Source of the DNA: Mobula birostris
Lineage: Eukaryota
Length of the DNA: 64,000 nt
NCBI RefSeq assembly: GCF_030028105.1
Contig: NC_092392.1
Span: 18,058,613-18,122,612, forward strand
Direction: 5' to 3'
Shown piece by piece: positions 23,458 to 36,789 of the stretch. The notes beneath the pieces are model-generated. The model ran no database searches and was not told where the DNA came from. It saw only the letters and a list, made by a program, of their open reading frames with translations. The translations under genes were made by a program, and so were the position numbers. Position 1 is the first letter of the stretch. The number at the start of each line of letters is the position of its first letter.

Positions 23458-24694
23458 AACAAGGAAGATAAAATAGTGAAGGATGTCCCTACAAGAGCTT
23501 GCAAATTGTGAAATTAACACGTGAGTAATAAACTTGATATTTTCTGTACAGCTTAAAATATGCAGAATATTTTAATATGTAGTTCTAATATTCTTATTAT
23601 ATATTATTATGGATTAATAAAATAATGGTGTTGAAATTTGTAAATAGACTGGGATTCATAAATTAGAAATGCGTTGGCTTCAGATTATAAACATTAATAA
23701 TTTTATAAGTTAAACACAATTACTTTTTTCAAATAAAAATGCATTAGCCTACTGGAAATTTGCATTTACTTAAAAGATGCAACAAATGAAAATTTAGAAA
23801 AGTGAAAATTGAGTACAGTATCTAATTAAATGTTGGTGAATGCTAAGAGGAAATCTAAACCTGGTCACTAACACGTTATGGTACTCAATTAATCTTCTTG
23901 CTAATGTTTCCACTTATATCTCTAATTTGAAATTTGTTTCAATTATAAATTATAATGACAGGGCAAGTGAAAGTCTTTTCCATGACACTTCTAGTCTGAT
24001 AGCTATTCAGAATGTTAAAAAATTAAAACAATTTCAAATTACCTATAACATTTTGGTTCAAACTCTGTTAAGTCACAGATAGTTAAATCAGTTCAATGTG
24101 AAAATGGTTCAAGAGGCTCAAATGCAACAAGCGTTCTGAACTTAGGCATCTGGGTTCAAAACACAAAGGCAAATACAATGTAGAATTCATGGCCCCCCAC
24201 ACATATTCTTCCCCTTGCTCAATGATCTCCTTCACATACTGCATATAAAGTTGTAAAGCACAACACGTTTCTGATTGAATTTGGAACTGATTAACATGAT
24301 CTTGAGCAAAACAGAAGCCAATGCTAATTATATTGTCTGAGGTAAATAACATTGGACATGAATAAAAATCAACAGAAAGAAGGGGAAAAAAAAACATTTC
24401 TCTTGAAAGATAAATATTAAAGATCTTCAAAGATTAGCTTTATTTGTCACACGTACATCAAGACATTTAAACTTACAATGAATTGTGTTTTGAGACAACG
24501 AGCAATACAGTCCAAGATGTGGTGGGGGCAGCCCACAAGCACCACCATGATTTCTGACTCATCAAGACTGATTTCTATATGGTTTCAATATTTTAGTACC
24601 AGGCAGGATGCCATGGTCAGCACAGACGAGTTGGGGCAAAAGGCCTGTTTCTGTTCTGTATTACTCCATCATTCTGAAATGACTGACACAGCAG

Positions 24695-24885
24695 CGCAGC
24701 AGAAAGTGTGCTGCCTCACATCTCCAATACCCAGGTTTGACCTTGACCTTATGTGCTATGGGCAGTAAGATTGCATGTTGCCTTTGTGACAGCATAGGTT
24801 TCAGGCCGGTAAACTGGTTTCCACCTGCATCTCAGAGATGTGCCAGCAGGCTGATTGTTGATTTTAAATTATCCCAACAGTAGGA
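24695..24885 (+). mobile_element. Old V-SINE/HE1-like remnant
   Basis: gctgcctcaca...cccaggtttga...tggtttccacctgcatc resembles the SINEs at 18062 and 26262. Confidence 0.5.
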
Positions 24886-26261
24886 AATTGATAAAAGGAT
24901 GAAAGGGAAGATGTCGACTTAAGAGCAAATAATGCTTAGAACTAGAAGGAAATGTTGCTTCTGTACTAATCACATGCAAAAGTCTGACAATGTCAAAGCT
25001 GCAATACATAGAATACAACCTTCACAGTGTTAGTTCAGCCTTCCTCCCTTCAAAGAAAATTGTGTCAATATTCTAGGTAAATTAAACTTGCTTTCAAAAG
25101 AGCAAGGTCAAGTCTACTGGTGTGTGTTGACGCTGAGCGTGAAGTGCAGTTGAAGATTCCATTTGGTGTGTTTGACGCACTTTTCTTAAGCCTGCAATTT
25201 TGCAAATCACCTTTCTGATTTTATAACTTCACAACAGGGTTTCCATTGACATTGGCTGGAAACAATACACTGATGGCTGAAGGTTTTTCCTCATCTGTGT
25301 TATCTTATCCAGATCTACTTAACGTTTAAGAATTCCAATTACATGTAAGAATAAGCAATCTCAGAATAATTCAATCTCACCTTAGGCAGCAATAATACTG
25401 GAAATTGCCAAGGCATCCATACATTGTTTAATATCTGCAAGCATGTTAAGTTAAATTGCTGTTTTCCTTTCTTAGTCCAATCGTATAACGTAGCAGTAGA
25501 ATGACAAATATCAAAACAAAGTTCCATTACAAACTGTAATAACATTATTTATTCACATTTGGCTCTCCTTTCCTGTATTACTGCCGACTGTAATTTATCC
25601 CTCTGAATCACAATTCCCTTGTGCCTGTTAGAATTGAATCTACATTGTTAGAAGTCTATTTTACAATTTTAAAACACTAAGCACGGACAAGTTGGTTTCT
25701 AAGTTGCATTTAGCTTGGGGCTTCTACACTAATCACATTCTTGGTTATCTTGTTCTGGTTGTACATAGAAAGCCTTGCTACATTCATCTTATTGATTCTC
25801 CTAATTATTATCATCCTTTAATCTTGTTTTTTGCACCCTGCAAACAGACGGAGCTCCTTTTGTCTTTCTGTGCAGGCTCACTAATGTGGCATTGCAGCAC
25901 GTATCATTCCTTAATACTTCCAAGATCAATCTTTTTGACTTTGTAGGAACTGCTGTAATTACATACTCAATGTCTTGTCAGCAATGGCACTCAGATCCTT
26001 AGCCTTGTCCATTTTTCTATTTAATTATAGTTATTATTTTAGTACTGCATTCAGTTACCTCAGAATGAAAAGTAGACTACCATTAACTTGGTCACTTGTT
26101 AATCTTCTCAGTTGCTTAAAAAACTGGTATTTTATGTATCTGAAGCTATAGGAGAAAAGCAAAACATCTACTTTTAGTAATAGGCTATTTCCCAACAGCT
26201 TCAGACAATGTAGTCAACCGTCATCAATGCAGTGCAGTTCCAATCATCCAAATGATGGGAA

Positions 26262-26538
26262 GCACAGTAGCATAGTGGTTAGCACAACACTTTACAGGAC
26301 AGGGGACCCGGGTTGAATTTTTGCTGCTGCCTGTAAGGAGTTTGTACGTTCTCCCCATAACTGGATGGGTTTCCTCCAGGTACTCTGGTTTCCCCCCATA
26401 GTCCAAAGACGTATGGGTTGGTAGGTTAAATTGTAACTTGTCCCGTGGTTAGGCTAGTATTAAATTGGGTGATCGTTGGGGTGTTGTGGCTCAAAGGGCC
26501 TGAGGAGCTTATGCCACACTGTATCTCAATAAAAAAAA
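26262..26538 (+). mobile_element. tRNA-derived V-SINE (HE1-like)
   Basis: A box tagcatagtgg, B box ggttgaatt, V-domain gggtttcctccaggtactctggtttcccccc, and an A-rich tail. Confidence 0.82.
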
Positions 26539-26767
26539 ATCAGAAATAAATTATTTCCAAGGACGAGGGGATAACGTCTGGAGAGAGGATGAGGAAGGTG
26601 GAATTTTGAGGACTGACAACTGATTCTACTGCAGTATTGGATCTCCAGAAACGGTAAAAGTTGCACAGTGCCAGTGACAGTCATCCATCTTGAAACAACC
26701 ATTTTCCCCTCCACGAGGTCTTCAGCCAATTCAGAGTTCATTCACTGACTGCTCCATCAACTTTTAT

Positions 26768-28752
26768 AAAAGGATGGTAGGGTACAGGAACTGTGGTGTA
26801 CAAAGGCTGTTGTAAATCTAGTCAAGAAGAAAAGAAGAGCTTACAAAAGGTTAAAAAAAACTAGGTACTGATAGAGATTTAGAAGATGATAAGGCTAGCA
26901 GGAAGGAGCTTAAGAATGAAATTAGGAGAGCCAGAAGGGGCCATGTGAAGGCCTTGGCAGACAGGATTAAGGAAAGCCCCAACAGTAAGAGGATAAGGCA
27001 TGAGAGAATGGGACCAATCAAGTGTGACAGTGGAAAAGTGTGTATGGAACCGGAGGAGATAGCAGAGGTACTGAATGAATACTTTGCTTCAGTATTCACT
27101 ACGGAAAAGGATCTTGGCAATTGTAGGGATAACTTGCAGTGGACTGAAAAGCTTGAGCATGTAGATATTAAGAAAGAGGATGTGCTAGAGCTTTTGGAAA
27201 GCATCAAGTTGGATAAGTCACTGGGACCAGTCAGGATGTACCCCAGGCTAATGTGGGAAGCGAGGGAGGAGATTGCTGAGCCTCTGGTGATGATCTTTGC
27301 ATCATTAATGGACAGGAGAGGTTCCAGAGGATTGGAGGGTTGTGAATGTTGTTCCTTTATTCAAGAAAGGGCGTAGAGATAGCCCAGGAAATTATAGACC
27401 AATGAGTCTTACTTCAGTGGTTGGTAAGTTGATGGAGAAGATCTTGAGAGGCAGGATTTATGAACATTTGGAAAGGCATAATATGATTAGGAATAGCCAG
27501 CATGGCTTTGTCAAAGGCAGGTTGTGCCTTACAAGCCTGATTGAATTTTTTGAGGATGTGACTAAACACATTGATGAAGGAAGAGCAGTAGATGTAGTGT
27601 ATATGGATTTCAGCAAGGCATTTGATAAGGTACCATATGCAAGGCTTATTGAGAAAGTAAGGAGGCTTGGGATCCAAGGGGACATTACTTTGTGGATCCA
27701 GAACTGGCTTGCCCATAGAAGGCAAAGGGTTGTTGTAGATGGGTCATATTCTGCATGGAGGTTGGTGACCAGTGGTGTGCCTCAGGGATCTGTTCTGGGA
27801 CCCCTACTTTTCTGGATGAGGAAGTGGGGGGATGGGTTAGTAAATTTGCTGATGACACAAAGGTTGGGGGTGTTGTGGATAGTGTGGAGGGCTGTCAGAG
27901 GTTACAGCGGGACATTGATAGGATGTAAAACTGGGGCGAGAAGTGGCAGATGGAGTTCAACCCAGATAAGTGTGAGGTGGTTCATTTCGGTAGGTCAAAT
28001 ATGTTGGCAGAATATAGCATTAATGGTAAGACTCTTGGCAGTGTGGAGGATCAGAGGGATCTTGGAGTCAGAGTCCATAGGACACTCAAAGCTGCTACAC
28101 AGGTTGACTCCGTGGTTAAGAAGGCATATGGTGCATTGGCCTTCATCAACCATGGGATTGAGTTTAACAGCTGAGAGGTAATGTTGCAGCTATATAGGAC
28201 CCTGGTCAGAGCCAACTTGGAGTACTGAGCTCAACTCTGGTTGCCTCACTACAGGAAGGACGTGGAAACCATAGGAAGGGTGCAGAGGAGATTTACAAGG
28301 AGGTTGCCTGGATTGGGCAGCATGCCTTATGAGAATAGGTTGAGTGAACTTGGCCTTTTCTCCTTGGAGCGACGAAGGATGAGAGGTTACCTGATACAGG
28401 TGTACAAGATAATGAGAGGCATTGATCGTGTGGATAGTCAGAGGCTTTTTCCCACGGCTGAAATGGCTAGTACAAGAGGGCATAGTTTTAAGGTGCTTGG
28501 AAGTAAGTACAGAGGAGATGTCAGGGGTAAGTTTTTTTATGCAGAGAGTGGTGAGTGCGTGGAATGGGCTGCCGGTGGCGGTGGTGGAGGCGGAAGTAAT
28601 AGGGTCTTTTAAGAGGCTCCTGGAAAGGTACATGGAGCTTAGAAAAATAGAGGGCTATGGGTAAGCCTAGGTAGTTCTAAGGTAAGGACATGTTCGGCAC
28701 AGCTTTGTGGGCCAAAGGGCCTGTATTGTGATGTAGTGTTTCTATGTTTCTA
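26768..28752 (+). mobile_element. CR1 LINE, 5'-truncated, frameshifted RT
   Basis: NEYFASVF, PGNYRPMSLTSVVGK, QHGF, DFSKAFDKV, GVPQGSVLGP and KFADD; tail gtttctatgtttcta. Confidence 0.93.
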
Positions 28753-28754
28753 AA

Positions 28755-30121
28755 ACCCTTGAGGGGAAGTTTTGGAAATGATATAAGGGCAAGAGGAGCT
28801 ATTTAAATGTTTCAGTTTCTGAATGAGCAGACATGCATGTCAATGTTGTAGGGGTGAACCTCAAAAGTCTCCTGTGTGGGGATTGGGAGGACAGTGCGGT
28901 GGGGCCATTGCATGGTCACTACTGCTAAGAAATTTGTGCCCATGAATGCTCCAGCAAAGTCTACATGATTCCTCTGCCAGGGCAATGCTGGCCAGTCCCA
29001 GGGACGAAGAGGCATTGCTATTGATTGGCATCTTCTGGACATGTTAGCATCCCGAACTGTGCATAGCTAATTGCTCTACCTGGTGATTTATCCCAGGCCA
29101 CCAGACAAAGTTTTGAGCCAACACTTTCATTTTGACCACATCGAGATTACCGGCACATAGCCCCTCCAACACTTTAGCTCTCAGTTTGGATGATACAACA
29201 ACCCTCAGTCCCCACATAAGGCAACTTCCATCAAGGGCAAGTTCGTCCTGCCACTGGTAAAAATGGGGAACCGGAATTTCTGCTGCACATTCCAGCCACT
29301 TTGGGTGGCCATGTAGACCTGAGTCAGTGTGGGCTCTTTTCTGCTTTCCCTTTCCAAAATGTCTACCATGATAGGGAGACTTTCAATTTGCATTAGGGAG
29401 AAACTGTCAAGAGGAGTGTTCACTTTTGTAAATTTTTCAGTTATTTACTGTTCAAAGGATAAATGGAACAATCCATAAGCATTTCCATGTTTAGTGTCTT
29501 CTTGAATTTGATCTGTAATTGCGTCCTCCAAGAAACTGCGCCCCCTCTGTATTTGCGCTGCTCTGTTAGTGCAACACCCTTTCGTGGATTGAAAATGGAC
29601 ACTAGTGGCTGATGATCAGTAATGAGGGTAAACTCTCTCCCATAAGTGTACTGGTTGAAAAGGTTTACACTCCAAACCAGACACAAGGCCTCCCTGTTAA
29701 TCTGTGCATAATTTTTCTCTGCAGCGGTAAGGTGCAAAGGCTGTGGGACGTTCACTTCCATCACTCATAAAATGTGACATAACTGCACCTACGTACACCA
29801 TAAAGGCACACACTTGGCGATTCAGGAACAGCTTCTTCCCTGGCAAGTAGTCATCTCGGCTTCATTTAAAACTTCCTTATCATCACTGGTATGTTTTGTA
29901 ACTCCAAAACATAAAACTAATCAACAGGAAAACATGGAGCTGGGGATATGTGTATACTTCGCTTTTACTTTAGTGAGGCATGCAAATATGGCACGGTGGC
30001 TTAATGGTGTATACCATTCATGGACTTCGTACATATAACCCATATTTATGTAAACAATGTTTAATCAAACAATATATTTGCAATATTTATCAACTGTTAT
30101 TGAGACATTAAATACACAACA
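28755..30121 (-). mobile_element. Deleted Gypsy/Ty3 LTR retrotransposon: 5' LTR (29887-30121) plus RNase H and integrase remnants
   Basis: AEKNYAQI.REAL...GREFTLITDHQPL (RNase H) and PWQR.HVDFAG (integrase). The LTR is similar to 48641-48890. Confidence 0.85.
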
Positions 30122-31495
30122 CATCCAGTCCAGGTGACTTATCTTCCTCAAGTCATTTCAGCTTCCCAAGCACCTTCTCTTTACCAAGTATACTTATTAC
30201 CTATTAAGATGATCTGCTAATTCTTTGTTCCCATAACCACCTCTCCTGTGGTCCGAAATCCACCCTCACCTCTTTTTTACTCTCTATCTAAAAAAATCTT
30301 TTGGTATCTTCTTTTATATTATTGGTGAGCTTGCCTTCATAATTCATCTTTTTTCTTCTTATAGCTTTTTTAGTTGCCATGGTAGAAGATTGGCTTACTG
30401 GCAGGAGGCAAAGCGTGGGAATAAAAGGAACCTTTTCTGGTTGGTTGGAAGTGACTAGTGATGTTCCACAGGGTCTGTGCTGGGACAGCTTCTCTTCACA
30501 ATATATGTCAATGATTTGGATGACAGAATTGATGGGTTTGTGGCCAAGTTTGCAAACCATAGAAGATAGGTGAAGGGGCAGGTAGCATTGAGGAAGCAGT
30601 AAGGCCAAAGTAGGACCTAGACTCCACATCCACTCTATCTATTCCTTTCAATATTTGATAGGTTTCAATGAATGATAGGACTGAAGAAAGGTATCAGTCC
30701 AAACCGTCTTCTGTTCATTTCCATAGATACTGCCTGACCTGCTGTTCCTCCAGCATTTTGTGTGTGTTGCTTATAGGTGAATGGTTGTGCACTAGGGAGT
30801 GTAATGGAACAGTGGGACATAGGAGGATAAATGCATAGTTCATTGAAAGCAGCATCACAGCTAGTCAAGGGATTTAGCATGCTGGTTTTCACCAGTCAGA
30901 GCATTAGGAGGTGGGACATTATGGTGCAAATGTATAAGTCTTTGATAAGGCTGCTCTTGGAAATCTGTGTACTGTTTAGATCACAGTATTATATCAGGAA
31001 AACATGGTAAAACTGGAAAGAGTGCAGAAAATATTTAGCAGGATGTTGTCAGGATGAGAGGGCCTGAGTTATAGGTAGTGGTTGGTTAGGATAAGTCTTT
31101 ATTCCATAGAACATATGAGAATAGAGGGGTGACCTTATAGAGATGTTTAAAACAAAGAGAGGCATAAACTGAGTGGATGGAAACAGATTTTTATACAGGT
31201 CGGGGAGTCCAAAACCAGAAAACATAGATTTAGGATGGGAAATAAGAGGGTCTAGGACCTGACTGGCAGCTTTTTCCACATAGAGAATGATGGCTATATG
31301 GAACGAGCTACCAGAAGTAATTGCAGAAAGGACAATATTATGATTGAAGAAGCACTTCGATAAGTACAAAGAGGGACAGAGCTCGAAGGAATTTTTGCAG
31401 GAGGACGAATATTGAGACTAGCTGGGTGGGCAACGTAGTCAGCAGGGACTCGTTGGGATGAAGGGTCTGTTCCTATGTTGTAATGCTCTATAAGT
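30122..31495. mobile_element. Cluster of CR1 fragments in both orientations with a Penelope terminus at about 30675-30770
   Basis: EGKLTNNIKEDTKRFF on minus is joined to EDWLTGRRQ.VGIKG on plus; an older CR1 3' end lies at about 30775-31495. Confidence 0.7.
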
Positions 31496-31817
31496 TTGTA
31501 GTCAAGCTAACTTGTGAGAAAATAACTAAGGTTTTCAAAGAGGGGCAAGATCAATATCAACTCCGAAAGAGGGGGATTATTGATAATACGTTCTGTCCTG
31601 GAGGCTACATCCAGAGGTAAAATGATGATACTGAATGCTGGGTTGCTTGTTAAGATTCAGTATTGTCTGTTGTATACAGTGGTGCTATAACATTTGTGAA
31701 TCCGTCGAATTTTCTCTATTTCTGCATAAGTATGACCTAAAATGTGATCAGATCTTCATGTAAGTCTTAAATCTTGATAAAGAGAACCCAATTAAATAAA
31801 TAACACAAACAATCATT

Positions 31818-31838
31818 CTGCAGAATTCCTGTTGTTTG
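31818..31838 (+). mobile_element. 21-bp Penelope 3'-terminal micro-insertion in the Tc1 left TIR
   Basis: ctgcagaattcctgttgtttg matches the Penelope terminus (compare 7694-7714). Perfect 12-bp TSD caaacaatcatt at 31806-31817 and 31839-31850. Confidence 0.8.
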
Positions 31839-32088
31839 CAAACAATCATTATACATGTTCATTTATTTATTGAGAAAAATGATCCAATATTACGGGAATT
31901 TGTTGGAAAAGTATGCAATCCTCTGGGGTAGTGCCTTCTACAAAAGCTATTTGGAGTCAGGCGTTCAAACCAATGAGATGAGATTGGGGTTATGGGTTGC
32001 AGAGGTGACCTGCCCTATAAAAAAGACACACAAAGTCAGGTTACTGACACAGCCTGCTCTTCTCAAGAAAGATCCGTTTACGTGCACC

Positions 32089-32821
32089 ATGCCTCGATCA
32101 AAACAACTTTCAGAAGACGTTAGAAGAAGAATTTTAGAGTTGTATGAAGCTGGAAAAGGCTACAACAGCATTTCTAAAGACCCGAGTGTTCATCTGTCCA
32201 CAGTGACAGAAATTGTCTCCAAATGGAAGAAACTCAGTACTGTTGCTATTCCCCATTGGAGTGGGCATCCTGCAAAGATTATACCAAGAGCTCAATGTGC
32301 AGTGCTGAAGGAGGTAAAAAGGAACCCAAGGGTAACAGCAAAAGACTTTCAAGAATCTCTAAAACTTGCTAAAGTCTCTGTTCATGTGTCCACTATAAGA
32401 AAAACACTGAACAAGAGTGGTGTTCACGGAAGGACACCACGGAGGAAACCACCGCTCTTCAAAAAGAAAAACATTGCTGCACATCTCAGGTTTGCATAAG
32501 ACCACCTGGATGTTCTACAATGCTCTGGGACAATGTTCAGTAGACAGGTGAGACAAAAGTTGAACTTTTTGCCAGAAATGCAGAGGTTTCCAGCATCTGC
32601 AAATTTTCTCTTATTCCTGATCTTAATCCTACAGAATTGTTGTAGAAGGACCTGAAGCAAGCAGTTCATGCAAGGAAACCCACCAACATCCCAGAGTTGA
32701 AGCAGTTCTATAAGGAGGAATGGCCTAAAATTCCTCCAAGCCGATGTTCAAGACTGATTAACAGTTACCGGAATATTTGGTTGAAGTTATTGCTGTGCAA
32801 GAGGGTCACACCAGTCACTGA
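32089..32821 (+). pseudogene. Tc1 transposase pseudogene
   Basis: MPRSKQLSEDVRRRI...GKGY..IS (paired-like HTH), a GRP-like motif (SGHP), ETKVELF and PDLNP. It has stops, and the middle of the DDE domain is deleted. Confidence 0.88.
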
Positions 32822-33940
32822 AAGCAAAGGTTCACATACTCTTTCCAACAAATACATGTAATAGTGGATCATTTTTCTCAATAAATAAATGCACAAGTAT
32901 AATGCTTTTGGTGTTATTTATTTAATTGGGTTCTTTTTATCTAGTATTAGGACTTGTATGAAGACTTGATCACATTTTAGGTCATATATATTCAGAAATA
33001 GAGAAAATTCTATAGGTTTACAAACTTTCTGGCATCACTGTAGATAGTTGCTTTTCTGATGTTAGTTGTTGCCCAATATCAGTTTCTAGGGATGTCTGGC
33101 ATGGTGTATAACCATGAAAATATTGTTCACACCATATTCATGTGGGTGTTCATACTGTAAGCCTGTTACACAGCAGAGTCCTGTGGTGTGCCTGCTTTTT
33201 AACTACGTGGTACTGTCATATTCATTGTATCACATTTAGATGGAGACGTAACATAAAGATTTTTACTCCTTGTGTATGTGAAGGATGTAAGAAATAAAGT
33301 CAATTCAATTCAAAACAATAATACTTTTTCTGCTTTAAGGTTGTTGAAAGAAACAGGTACCTGTCACTGAGCAACTTCAGGACAAGTTTTTAACACCAAA
33401 AACAGTTTTTTTTGCAGTGTTTCCCTGTGGCTAATCAAGCAGAGTCTCATTTCTCCAAGGCCTTCACATGGATTGGCAAAAATGCAGAAGAGAGCAAGCC
33501 CAGTGCCAAAGCTAATGCATTGACTAATCTCTGGATTGTCGAATGCAACACAAACAGTTGTGTGGTTTGAATAGAAAATATTGCTGCCCTTTATGTTCTT
33601 AGCATGTATGACTAAGCTCAAGAATCAAACAGATGGAAGTACCTTTAACAACAAATAACATCAGGGAGGTTGAAGGTGATATTGTGAAAACCCAAAATAA
33701 TGTGATATGCAGTATAAAATGCAATATTTCTGATGGGGATTGAGTAGATTTTTATGGTACAAAGCAAAGATATCTTGCTTAAAGTTGATGTGCAGAAAAG
33801 AAGATTATTTTAATCCAGCGGTATTAGAAGTCCAGGCGTACTGGAAATAGCTGAAAGCCAACAACTTGAGGTAACGAGCGAGACGCAAATGAGACAATTA
33901 CTGATTGCATTGTTTTGCAGAAAAAGTTACCCTTGCATTG

Positions 33941-34079
33941 TCATAAACACAAGAAATTTTTATTCTGACATCTTCCCACTTCCTTTCCATTCCCGATGAA
34001 GGGTCTTGGCCCAAAACATAGACTGTTTATTCATTTCCGTAGATGCTGCCTGACCTGCTGAGCATTTTATGTGTGTTGC
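33941..34079 (+). mobile_element. Mini-Penelope terminus insert
   Basis: Degenerate hammerhead core plus gatgctgcctgacctgctgag; TSD tta(c/t)ccttgcattg at 33927-33940 / 34080-34093. Confidence 0.75.
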
Positions 34080-36469
34080 TTATCCTTGCATTGCAGATTT
34101 GCTGCTTTTTACTGTAGATCATGCCTCATGAGATGGCAGTGGTAGATGAACAAATACAAACCAACACTTAACAAGTTCTCCAAGCTTCCATATGAAGTTG
34201 AGTTAGAGAGCCATAGCAAGATCCAAGAGTGCAAAATGGAATTGGAACTGTACTATTGAGGCTGGATCAGTCAATTGTCAGTGTTGCATTGTCCCTTACA
34301 GAGTCATGTTTCAGTTGCCAGAAGTATAAAGCAAGGAACAAAAGCAATTTCAATGGCAATTTAAAAGAGCAGATGAGTGGACTTTATACTTGCATGCTAG
34401 AACAAGATAAACAGAAGCAGGAATAGACCATTCAACCCCTCAAGGCTAACCTCCCATTCAATATGTCATACAAAGCTTGTACCTTTTTGTCACTTTCCTG
34501 TGTAAACACCATTTACTTGATATTTAAAAAACATTGATCTCTGACTTGAATCTACTCAGTGACTGGGACTCCATAACCCACATGGGTAAAGAATTCTAAA
34601 GATTTAATCATTTTGGGGGTGAAGATGTTTGGTTCCAGATACCTCAGCCAGAAGAATATTACCTATCCATCCATCCTTCCAAGCCCCTTAACATTTTGTG
34701 TGTTTCAATGAGATCACCTCTTATCTCACCAAATTCTGGACAGCAAAAGCTACATATATTCTCAAAGTCAAATTCAGAAGCAGCTTTAATATTACAGGCA
34801 TATGCCCTGAAATTTGTTGTTTTGGGCCAGAAGTACATTGAAATACATAATAATAAAAACTATACATTAATTGAAGTATATATACTGTATACACCAGACT
34901 ACAGAGGTAAACTAAGGATGCAGAGACCAAACGAATAAATGCACTCTTCCCCAAAGAACCAAGAAAAGTATTCGCACAGTTCCATTGCAACAACATGCCA
35001 ATACCTGAACAGCCAAAACAGCAACTGAGGAGTACTGGAAGAGTATATGGGAGAAAGGAACGTCACATAACACCAGTGTCCAATGGCTGAAAGACCTACA
35101 AGCAAGCCTCTGCGACCTCCCAGAGGATGAACCAGTCACCATCACAGCAGGAGAGCAAGTATGAAGAACTGGACATCACCAGGGCCTGATATGGTCCACG
35201 CTTATCAGCTGAAGAAACTAACGGTAGTATATACATGGATGGTAGCTCAAATAAACCAGCTGCTTGAAGCAGGCTCCCACCCTGACTGGCCAAAACAAGG
35301 AAGAACAGTACTCATGATGAAGGATCCTCACTAAGGAGCAACACCATCAAACTACTGGTCTACAACCTCCATGTCAACAACATGGAAGCTCCTATCGGGC
35401 ATCATAGCCACCAAGCTGAAGGAACCTGTGTGTAAGTTCCCGATTCCCACTCAGAGGGGGATTGGTAATGGATCCAGAGGCTCCAAGCACCAACTACTGC
35501 TGCACAAAGCAGTTGTGCGAGACTCCAAGACTAGACAAACTAACCTAAGCACAATCTGGATTGACTACCAGAAAGCATATGACTCAATGCCCCACCCATG
35601 GATTCTGGAACGTCTGTCTCTGTACAAAGTTAACAAGACACTAAACAACTTCATCAAGAACATCAGTGGGCAGTTGGACAATGCTAGATGTTAACCCAAA
35701 GCCAATAGCACAAGTGACCATCAGATGTGGAATATACCAGGGTGATGCACTATCCCCACTGCTGTTCTGCATTGGCTTGAACCCCCTCAGCCAGATCATC
35801 TCAAAGAATGGATATGGGTACAGGTTCAAGAGTGAAGTGACCATCAGCCGCCTCCTGTACATGGATGACATCAAGATGCATGCCAGAAATTAAAGAGGAC
35901 GAGGGCTTGAAAGTGTCAAGGCCGCAGTCCTGGAAGAAATGCAAAACATCCATGAGTATGTCAGGAAGATGGCCCCTAAAGATGACCTGTTAGGAGAATA
36001 CCTCAGACAGCAGGCAGACGACACAGAAATGGAAGTGGATGAAGCAGAACCAGAGGACCAGAGACCACGGCAGGACAAGCCACTGCACAGGTTGTACCAT
36101 CACCAGATATCAGAGGTGGCTGACATTAGAAAGTCCTACTGATGGCTGGAAATGGCAGGGTTGAGAGACAGCAAAGAGGCACTGCTCATGGCTGCACAAG
36201 AACAGGCACTGAGCACAAGAACATTAGAAGCTATCCATTGTTCCTGTCTGGTCTTATAGTAGCAGGGTGCAAGATGCTGGCAGGGACAGTATACACTGAA
36301 CGGCACAACCTAGTTGCAGGAACTGTGCACAGGAAGATCTGCGCTGAGTACGGATTGGACACTCCCAAGTCCAAATGGGAAGCACCCTGAGAAGATAGTG
36401 GAGAATGGCAGAGCTAAGATCCTGTGGGATTTCCAAATACAGACTGATAAGAGGTACTGGCCAACCAAC

Positions 36470-36559
36470 ATAAGAGGGAGAAGTGGAGAGTCGTCATCGT
36501 GCCCGTTGCCAGCTCCCTAGGCCTGAGTTGACGTAGTAGTAGTAGTAGTTGTAGTAGTA
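36470..36559 (+). mobile_element. 90-bp 3'-end LINE insertion (probably RTE) with (GTA)n tail inside the R4 element
   Basis: Perfect 11-bp TSD ggccaaccaac at 36459-36469 and 36560-36570; REKWR-like terminal peptide. Confidence 0.75.
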
Positions 36560-36789
36560 GGCCAACCAACCAGACATAGTAATAGTGGACAAGGAGCAGA
36601 AGAAAGCAATAGTAATAGATGTGGCAAACCCGAATGACAGTAATATCAGGAAGAAAGAATACAGGAAGCTGGAGAAATACCAGGGCTTGAAAGGTCAGAT
36701 AAAAAGGATGTGGAAGGTTAAAGCCAGAATAATCCCAGTGGTGATGGGAGCACTTGGAGCTGTGACACCTGAAGGGGGCGAGTGGTTCT

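Larger units (their letters stand above)
31677..33040 (+). mobile_element. Tc1-family DNA transposon with long (~200 bp) TIRs, TA TSD and internal deletion
   Basis: TA|CAGTGGTGC...GCATCACTG|TA. Inverted arms share gacctaaaatgtgatc and aacccaattaaataaataacac. Confidence 0.93.

Noticed and set aside
24083-24430. 115-aa minus-strand ORF containing MLFTSD
   Set aside because: No recognisable homology beyond four residues; a chance ORF in AT-rich intron.
25528-25570. Minus-strand RAKCE*IMLL, resembling CACNA2D1 RANCNKIIMLF
   Set aside because: In-frame stop, no flanking similarity and no suitable splice sites.
26262-26330. tRNA-like A/B boxes as a tRNA gene (also at about 18250-18316)
   Set aside because: No complete cloverleaf, and the sequence continues into a SINE body and tail.
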